Assembly: GCA_000091205.1 (NCBI GenBank)
Contig: AP006496.2
DNA length: 64,000 bases
Origin: Cyanidioschyzon merolae
Lineage: Eukaryota
Reading direction: 5' to 3' (one strand)
The position numbers and the translations under genes are program-made. Below the pieces are notes generated by a model. The model ran no database searches, was not told where the DNA came from, and worked only from the letters and a program-made list of their open reading frames with translations. Positions 56,475 to 64,000 of the stretch are shown here, in pieces. The stretch's first letter is position 1. The number at the start of each line of letters is the position of its first letter.

Positions 56475-58466
56475 TTGCGCTCCTTTGCTACGACGTCCAC
56501 GACTAGTGCTTCTGTTGCTCCTGCTGGGACGGTGCGGTGTGCAGGCCTCAGCACCAAACTGCAACAGCGTCCTGTCATTCACAGTAGCCAGGCAATGGCA
56601 CAAGTCTTGGCTTTGAGCGATAGGTGCTGCGGCTGCCTCGAGAGGCGATCGCTTCTACTTTACAGCCTCGTTTTAGGGAGCGAGATCAACGAAGGTTTCC
56701 AGGAGCGACCTCTCAGCGTGCGTACTGGTGATGCCTTCCGAGTTCACTGTGATTCTCATATGAACCCGACGACCTTGTTTGTTCTGCACGCCGGTGCCGA
56801 TGCCGGTGCTAGCGTTCAGGTGTTGGGCAGCAGTTTCTCGGCATCGAGAAAGCACCCGAGGTGCCTTGTACGCAAACGGCAACCGGAGCGACGAGGGCGT
56901 CTACAGCGTTTCTCATCACCAGCGTGGAGGCAACGTCTTCGTCGGCAGGTGCTCCAGGCACAAGTCGAGCTGCCGCAGGTGCGCATCGTCGGGGCCGGCC
57001 TTGCCGGACTCACCACCGCCATTGCACTCATCGAGGAGTACGGTTGGGATCCAGCCAGCGTGTCCATCTTCGAAGCATCGGACACTGTTGGCGGGAGGGT
57101 TCGCACGGACCGCCTCCCTGAGGGCTACCTTCTCGACCGCGGTTTCCAGGTGGTGCTCGAGGCATACCCCGAGCAGAAACGGCTCTTTCGGGTGACGGGA
57201 GCAGCATATCCCGACGAACTGAAACTGCGGCGCTTTCTGCCCGGTGCTACGGTACGTCTTCCGAACGGTACCTGGGCCTATGTGGGAGACCCGTTGCGCA
57301 GCGACCTCGGGGATGTCTGGACAACGCTGCTAGCGCCTCTGGGAACCATCCAAGACAAGGCACGAGTCGGTTGGATGCGTCTTCAGACGCAGTTGCGATA
57401 CACTTCGAACCCGAACAGCATTCTGGAGCAAGTCAACATGAACGGCAACCGGGAGGAGACGGCAGAGGAGGCGCTCGCCGCACTGACACCTGGCTTGCGG
57501 CAATCGTTCTTCTCCCCGTTCTATCGAGGCATCTTCTTGGATGAACTGTACAACATCTCGTCTCGTCTCTTTCGCTACGTTTACCACATGCTTGCGGTCG
57601 GGTATGCATCGCTACCCGATAATGGTCACGGTATCGGGGCACTGCCGCGTTTCCTCGCCCAGCGGCTGCGAGACGAGCACGGCCTGACGATTCACTATGG
57701 CCAGCGAGTGACCGACTTGTCGACGCTGGCGGACAGAGCTGTGCTTGTTCTGGCAGCCGACGTTGCCTCGACAAAGAAACTCTTGGAGCAGGCGAGCGTC
57801 GCGAACCGTTTCTCGCCGAAAGCGCAGGCAGATATACGGAAGTTGCTGTGTGGCTGGCTCGCTGCCGGTGCCGACGGTGTCCATGAGACGCTGCAGCGCG
57901 TCTCAACGTGCCTCTACTTTGGAGGAGAGGGCGCTGAGCCACCAGAAGCGCTCATAACCCGACCGAGATCCCTGGTGCTCGCGGCAGACGCCCCGAGTCC
58001 TTCGGGGATGCCACGTCGCCCGCTCGTCAACAACTTGTGCTTCCCGTCGGCGGTTGCTCGTTCGTATGCTCCATCGAACAAGTACCTAGTGAGCTGCACA
58101 GTCGTGGAGACAGCGCTTCACCAGCAACTCGATCCAAAAGACAATGACCTGCTTCCAGGCGGTGAGCTGGAAGCGCTCGTGCGTACCCAGCTCTACAAAT
58201 GGTATCCTAGTCAACGACACCTTCTCGATGACTGGAGCTTCCTTCGAGGATATCGTGTGCGCGGCGCTCAGCCGCGACAGCGTCTCAACGGGGAGCGTTT
58301 TGTGATGCCCAACGAGGACGGCTGTTTGGACGCTGGTCGACTCTACGTCTGTGGCGACTGGTGCGATACCCCGACTGCGAACGGAGCGATCCACTCGGGT
58401 TATCGTGTTGCTGGCGGTATTGCCAAGGCGTTTGGCGTCCACTCGAGAAGCACCTCCAGCCGCTAG
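56475..58466 (+). CDS. FAD-dependent amine-oxidase-family oxidoreductase (PPOX/PDS/CRTISO-like fold) with a presequence-like N-terminus.
   Basis: Dinucleotide-binding VRIVGAGLAGLTTAIAL...FEASDTVGGRVRT. C-terminal FAD motif LYVCGDWCDTPTANGAIHSGYRVAGGIA. Confidence 0.65.
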   Translation: MRSFATTSTTSASVAPAGTVRCAGLSTKLQQRPVIHSSQAMAQVLALSDRCCGCLERRSLLLYSLVLGSEINEGFQERPLSVRTGDAFRVHCDSHMNPTTLFVLHAGADAGASVQVLGSSFSASRKHPRCLVRKRQPERRGRLQRFSSPAWRQRLRRQVLQAQVELPQVRIVGAGLAGLTTAIALIEEYGWDPASVSIFEASDTVGGRVRTDRLPEGYLLDRGFQVVLEAYPEQKRLFRVTGAAYPDELKLRRFLPGATVRLPNGTWAYVGDPLRSDLGDVWTTLLAPLGTIQDKARVGWMRLQTQLRYTSNPNSILEQVNMNGNREETAEEALAALTPGLRQSFFSPFYRGIFLDELYNISSRLFRYVYHMLAVGYASLPDNGHGIGALPRFLAQRLRDEHGLTIHYGQRVTDLSTLADRAVLVLAADVASTKKLLEQASVANRFSPKAQADIRKLLCGWLAAGADGVHETLQRVSTCLYFGGEGAEPPEALITRPRSLVLAADAPSPSGMPRRPLVNNLCFPSAVARSYAPSNKYLVSCTVVETALHQQLDPKDNDLLPGGELEALVRTQLYKWYPSQRHLLDDWSFLRGYRVRGAQPRQRLNGERFVMPNEDGCLDAGRLYVCGDWCDTPTANGAIHSGYRVAGGIAKAFGVHSRSTSSR

Positions 58467-58706
58467 GCCAGTGGTGTCGGCAATGCACTGAGCGTGGAAC
58501 GTGAGCTGCACCAGAATGCCGGTCTCTTGCGCCCAAGGTTGCCTGCGTATCCGGGCTGCTCCACAGGAGCGACACGATCCAAGGCATTCCCGGGATCATT
58601 GCTGCTTTCCCCGCACGCTCTACGTGAGAGCTGGGAGCGGAGCGAAACCTACAGCAACGCCTTCACATCCATTTCTAGACAGTGTCATAAACAGGGTTAT
58701 GCAAGC

Positions 58707-60359
58707 CTAGGGTGGCGCTACCTGCTCACCACGCAGGGATCGCAGGAGCAGTTGACGATAGAGATCACGTTGTTTCACGACAGCGTTCACCACCGCTTCA
58801 AACTCCTGGCGTTGTCGGCGTATGTGTTCGAGTTCGGCTTCGAGCTGGGCAAGCTGGTGCGCTGGTACCGTCATCGACGCAGTGGCGCCTGTCGATGCTT
58901 CTGTGGACGCTACAAGACCCTCCAGCTCTTGGATGCGTTGTTTTTGGTGCTCAAAAGCGTCTTTGTACTGCTGAAGCTGCTCGTTGAGCTGCGCTTGCTC
59001 GCGCTCGACAGTGGCGGCTCGTTGTTTCCAGTGCTCTGTTGCAAGCTCCGACTCCTGCAGTGCCCGATGCATCCGATCGAACTGTGCGATGACAAACTGA
59101 AACCGACGCTTCTGCTCCTCTAACAGCGGCAGACGCGCTTCAAGTTCGCCCAATAGCGAGCGCATGTAGGAGAGGTGACGGCCCTCGCGGGCGAGCCGCT
59201 CCCAGGATGCCTCCGACGGAATAGCCGCCACCGTCGCCGGTGTGGCCTTGTCCGCCGCTGCACCTGCAATGCCGTCTTCAGCAAAGACGTAAGAAACGGG
59301 CGAGCGAAGCGTCGGCGTCTGCAGCAGGCGCCTCTGGACGGAGCCAAAGAAAGGCGACGGGCGTCCGCTCCGGGGATCCCTCGTCTCCACCGGGACCCGT
59401 TGTGCGGGTGATGCCAGCAAGGAGCGTCGAGGCCGCTTCCCCAGTGGCGACATGGTCGCAGGTCCCGTTGTGGGGCCAGCGTCAGCACCAGCATTCATCG
59501 TCGTCGAAGATGAAGACGCTTTCTCGAACGCTAGCACGCGAGCATGCAAGGCGTCCCGCTCTTTCTCCAGCGCTGCACACGTATCCTTCCACACGCAGAC
59601 TTCCTCACCTGCCTTGCTGAGCACATCTTCGAGCTGAGCTCGAGCAGCAGCGACTTCGCCCTCGAGCCGCACGCGCTCTCGCTCAAGCTCCTGTTGCTCC
59701 TCGCGTGCGATACGGACTCGAGAGCGCTCCTCTGCAAGACGTGCTTCCAGCTGTTCACACGTCGACTCGAGCGTGTGGATCTGTGCCTCCGTATCCGCCG
59801 TGCTCCGTATATGCGCTTTTCGGACTTCAGCAAGTTCACGCGTCCGCTCGGTGAGCGCACGCTGCAGCTGCTCGATTTCGCGTTCAGCTGCAGCGAGTCG
59901 ACTTGTAACCTCAGAGTGCACGTCCAGCTCCGAGGTGCGCGCCAACAAAGTTGCCTCTCGCCGTTTGAGGTCTTCCAGGGCAGACTCTTGTTCCGCAAGA
60001 AGTTTTTCCAGCTCGCTGGCACGCGATGAAGCCTCTGCGGCAGATGTCTCGGCATTCAGCCAGGCTCCTTCAAGACGTGCGTACTCCTCCTCCAGGCGAA
60101 GCAGACTTTGTTCGAGCGCGCGCTCACGTTCCTGCTTCGCCCGAAGCGTATCCATGATTGCACGCTTCTGGTCGCGTTCTTTTGTGAGGCACTGCTGGCA
60201 GCTATCCAGAGCATGCTCTAGTGCACGGAAAAAGTCCTCCCAGTCCGCACTGGGGTTTCGGTGCTCGCCAGCCCGAAGCTGCCGCTCGTCACTGTCCATG
60301 CGTTTAACGGACCCTCGAAACACGCTTGCAGAGGTCGTGAATACTGTCCCAGAAAACAC
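58707..60359 (-). CDS. Long coiled-coil protein (550 aa), E/R/L/A-rich heptad-like repeats. Function unknown.
   Basis: Continuous ORF. Segments such as LEQSLLRLEEEYARLEGAWLNAE and ELERERVRLEGEVAAARAQLEDV are typical of coiled coils. Confidence 0.5.
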   Translation of the reverse strand: MFSGTVFTTSASVFRGSVKRMDSDERQLRAGEHRNPSADWEDFFRALEHALDSCQQCLTKERDQKRAIMDTLRAKQERERALEQSLLRLEEEYARLEGAWLNAETSAAEASSRASELEKLLAEQESALEDLKRREATLLARTSELDVHSEVTSRLAAAEREIEQLQRALTERTRELAEVRKAHIRSTADTEAQIHTLESTCEQLEARLAEERSRVRIAREEQQELERERVRLEGEVAAARAQLEDVLSKAGEEVCVWKDTCAALEKERDALHARVLAFEKASSSSTTMNAGADAGPTTGPATMSPLGKRPRRSLLASPAQRVPVETRDPRSGRPSPFFGSVQRRLLQTPTLRSPVSYVFAEDGIAGAAADKATPATVAAIPSEASWERLAREGRHLSYMRSLLGELEARLPLLEEQKRRFQFVIAQFDRMHRALQESELATEHWKQRAATVEREQAQLNEQLQQYKDAFEHQKQRIQELEGLVASTEASTGATASMTVPAHQLAQLEAELEHIRRQRQEFEAVVNAVVKQRDLYRQLLLRSLRGEQVAPP

Positions 60360-60701
60360 GCTCTAGCGAAGCACACCCACTGGTAAAGCTCTCTTTCCGG
60401 GTGCGATCGAGCACGCGACCGAGTCGAGCAGCCAGACGCGCTTCACCGGGCGCCGGAGCACGACGCCAGCGATACCCGACCCTAGGTTCCAGTCTAGCGA
60501 ACTCTCTTCCTAAATCCACTCCAGTGAATGCACAGTCCGTCAACTAGAGGCAAATCCAAGCACGTCACTCGCCTTGCGGGACGCTGATGAAGTCTCTACG
60601 GCAGTAACAACCTTCCGCTGAACGCCGTGGGCGCACCCGGTGTCAGCCGCACACTTGTGTTCACGCGTTCCCGCTGCCTCCTTCGCATACCCTAGCGCAC
60701 A

Positions 60702-61829
60702 GTGTTCATTCCTGTGTTCCTGGTGGCGCTCATTGAAGGCGCTGGGTCTTTCCGAGCGTGTACTGTCGTTAAGCTGAAACGAGTGAGGTGTTGTGAGGGC
60801 TCTGAGTGGAGACGAGCGACTCAGAGTGGCTGGTCAACAGGTTCCTTGAATAAGAGGCATCCCAGTGGTACCACGTCGGCGCAGGTAAAGGGGATGCGCT
60901 TCGACTGGAGCGTCACTGTCGCTATGGAAAAGCGTCTGAACAAATTGGCTTCTCAAATGTCAGGCGATAACTTGGAGCGAACACTGAGGACACTTGGGAC
61001 TCCTGAATGCACCAGAGAGCCGGCCTTTGTTTGCGGAGCAGCGCGTCCGACGCGGCAGGTCTGGTTGCCGAACGCTGGACTCCTTTGCGAGCGCTCGCGG
61101 CGAACAGGTCGATCGACCTTCGAGAGACAGGGGCGTGTCACGGTTGGAGCGTTTCGCTGCTGGTGCCAACAGGAACCGACTGCGGGCGAGGAGCGTTCGC
61201 CAGCGACAAACCGTCCTGGTGGGAAAGTAGAAACCGCCGCTGTCGGTGCCGGTGCCGCTTCCCTGGTGAAGGTTCGTTTCATCAACACACCTGGCGGTCT
61301 TGAGCTTGAGACCATGGCACCCCCAGGCAGTATTGTGCTCGCGGTAGCGGATGAGCTCGGTCTGCGGATACCGCGCGGATGCACTTCCGGGGTGTGTGGA
61401 GCGTGCACCTGCGACATGGTTCATCCATCACTCCCTGGGGGACGGCAAACGGTCCGCGTCTGTAGCACGAAGGTAGCGACTTTTCCCGGTATTGATGAGA
61501 TCGTGATCGATGTGTATCGAATGAAGGAGAGCGCTACCAGAGATGCGTATCAGAGCTCGACGCTGAGGGCCTTGAATCGCTTCGACAATATCGACTTTGA
61601 GTACAAGGCGGGCGCCCAGCCGCGGGCTATCATGAACCCGGCAAACCCGTTTGCACGACCACGCACGGTTCGATGTGAGAAATGCAAAGGAACCGGGAAA
61701 CACGTTTGCGAGGCATGTGAAGGCACAGGAAAATCGACCGCGACCCTGATGTGTTATGTATGTGTGGGATTACGGCGAACACGGTGTGCAGAATGCCAGG
61801 GCACTGGATCGCGAACACTGCGACGGTGA
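60702..61829 (+). CDS. Plant-type 2Fe-2S ferredoxin-like domain fused to a C-terminal DnaJ-type CxxCxGxG zinc finger. The start is probably an internal Met (for example 60924).
   Basis: Fd-like RGCTSGVCGACTC...RVCST. Zinc-finger repeats CEKCKGTGK, CEACEGTGK and CAECQGTGS. Confidence 0.6.
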   Translation: MFIPVFLVALIEGAGSFRACTVVKLKRVRCCEGSEWRRATQSGWSTGSLNKRHPSGTTSAQVKGMRFDWSVTVAMEKRLNKLASQMSGDNLERTLRTLGTPECTREPAFVCGAARPTRQVWLPNAGLLCERSRRTGRSTFERQGRVTVGAFRCWCQQEPTAGEERSPATNRPGGKVETAAVGAGAASLVKVRFINTPGGLELETMAPPGSIVLAVADELGLRIPRGCTSGVCGACTCDMVHPSLPGGRQTVRVCSTKVATFPGIDEIVIDVYRMKESATRDAYQSSTLRALNRFDNIDFEYKAGAQPRAIMNPANPFARPRTVRCEKCKGTGKHVCEACEGTGKSTATLMCYVCVGLRRTRCAECQGTGSRTLRR

Positions 61830-63494
61830 GCGGTTCGGTGTCTCGAACACGATGCCAACACATGGGCTTTTGCTTTGCGCTGGAGCTGGATGCCATTGCG
61901 CTATCGTGTGTAATAAACTGAATCGATAAACCTGTCTGGCGGAGCGAGCGCCTCAGTGTTTGCCAGGGTATGGCGCTTGGTCGAGTTCGCAGGCTTGACG
62001 ACCGTCGGTGAGTGAACCTTTGAGCATCACCGTCGTGCGATGCAGCGTGAGGAATACTTGAGGGTGCGGGCAAGGTTATGCTCCGGAATCCATAAACAAG
62101 TGCTGGGGAACGATATCGCTCTTGGAGCTTGCAGTGACATTTATATGGAGGCGCGTAGACCAGCCCAGACAGGAGTCTCGGGAGGCGATTCCCGCCCTGA
62201 ACCGCGACGATGCTCGAGTGTGTTCTGTTCGTGGATGTGCATCACGTCAGTAACGCACTCACTGACGCAGTTGGGGTGCGGTTCACGTATTGGAACAAGG
62301 ATTACAAAATCCGGTGTTTGGGTGTTGTTACCGGCCGGAAAAATAGCGAGAACAAAGCAGTTAAGCGATGATGTATGCGAAGACAGCATCATCGAACTTG
62401 GCATGACCAGGAATACATGCTTATTCGCTGCAAGCGAGGAATATCCATGATGGATGACAAGGGGCTTCAGCAGGCATCGCTCAGCGTTTTGTTTTGTTTG
62501 CCACAAGTCGTCCCTGCTACTCTTCAGCACTGACGTCACTAGTGCGGGATGCGACCTGTCGGTGAGCGTCGGTGCTGGAGCGTGCTCTTTCGCAGGCGTA
62601 GCTCGTCGTGAAACAGGGAGCTCAGGCGCTTATCCCGTGTCTCGTTTCGAGAATCTGCCGCTGTACTTGAGCAAAAGCCGGTGCACCTGGCATCTTCCGC
62701 GACACCCTGCCCAGCGACCCCGAGCAGCAGTGCTTGCGCACTACAGCTCTACAGCGGGAAACCGGTACTCGGCAGCTGCGTTTGCACGATATTTTAGAGA
62801 CCAGAGCGACAGCTTCTTCCACAAGACTGAGTGCACAGAGACGCGTACTTCCGTTCCTCCATTCCGACAGAGGGCGCTTTGAAGCGCCTCGCCGTGTACA
62901 AGCACCGGAAGCTCCGTTTCCTATGTGGATTGCCAGACGCACGGCAGCGACGCACTTCACGGACGTAGATGTAGATGGATACAGGCCTGTTTAGCGGGCA
63001 AAGTGTGAAAAAGACGCAATGTATGTCGGTTCATATAGACGCGTGCAGCGTCCGGGACTCCAAGGGATGTTCCTGCAGTGCAATGATTGCAAATAGCAGT
63101 CGACATTTACGATACGAATCAGTGGACAAGCGCAAGGCAAGCCGCCGAGTGCGCAGAGTCGTGACCTACCACACAGCGGTGGTGCGCTTACACAAACATA
63201 AACACTTGTCGAGGTTTACAAGTCCGCCCAAATAGACGCCCCTGGGCGCGTTCCACGTAGACGACGGGCGCGTCAGCCGCGCACCAGTACCGCAGGCGGA
63301 CCCAGGCGCCTCCAAAGTCACACATATGCGCTCGGGTGTGTAGCGTGTCAAGAGCGACGCAAGCTTTACGGAGAGAGTTGATGCAGTGCTCGCACACTGC
63401 AGGCGAGGCCGCGAGCGCCAACGAGCGCGACGCTCGGCGGCACCCACAGGACGCTGCACCCGCTCGGCGGCACCAGTTGTGAGCAAGCACCGCC

Positions 63495-63998
<504 letters not shown>

Positions 63999-64000
63999 GG

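Overview
The window looks like GC-rich (~58-60%), compact, essentially intron-less eukaryotic nuclear DNA. Reasons: a canonical histone H3, CDK7, syntaxin-5 and WD40/LisH-CTLH proteins each read through as single uninterrupted ORFs, and gene strand alternates frequently, so this is not a polycistronic kinetoplastid layout. I support about 22 protein-coding genes (roughly 1 per 3 kb). Besides housekeeping genes, the gene content has a plant/algal flavour: a PLATZ zinc-finger protein, an RHD3/Sey1 GTPase, N-carbamoylputrescine amidase, an ABC1/ADCK kinase, an organellar ribosomal protein S15, and a ferredoxin-domain protein fused to a DnaJ-type zinc finger. This is consistent with, but does not prove, a compact algal genome; a cyanidiophyte-like or prasinophyte-like origin is speculation.

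The most structured non-genic signal is a Tc1/IS630-like DNA-transposon family:
- One complete copy (217-2169) with ~560-bp terminal inverted repeats (TIRs) that begin 5'-CAGTGAAAC, carrying a decayed DDE transposase.
- A second, ~98% identical but truncated copy (12431-13811) in inverted orientation, so the two copies bracket a 10.3-kb segment holding three genes.
- At least four solo TIR-like fragments (17200-17480, 23990-24410, 26063-26660, 40286-40899).

Other observations:
- Several near-perfect tandem minisatellites: a 93-bp unit x9, a 71-bp unit x6, a 97-bp unit x3 inside a bidirectional promoter, and others.
- Many CAG/GCA trinucleotide runs giving polyQ/polyA tracts inside genes.
- A secreted lysyl-oxidase-like protein that has lost the copper-binding His triad.
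- No rRNA, tRNA, CRISPR or prokaryotic operon features could be supported.
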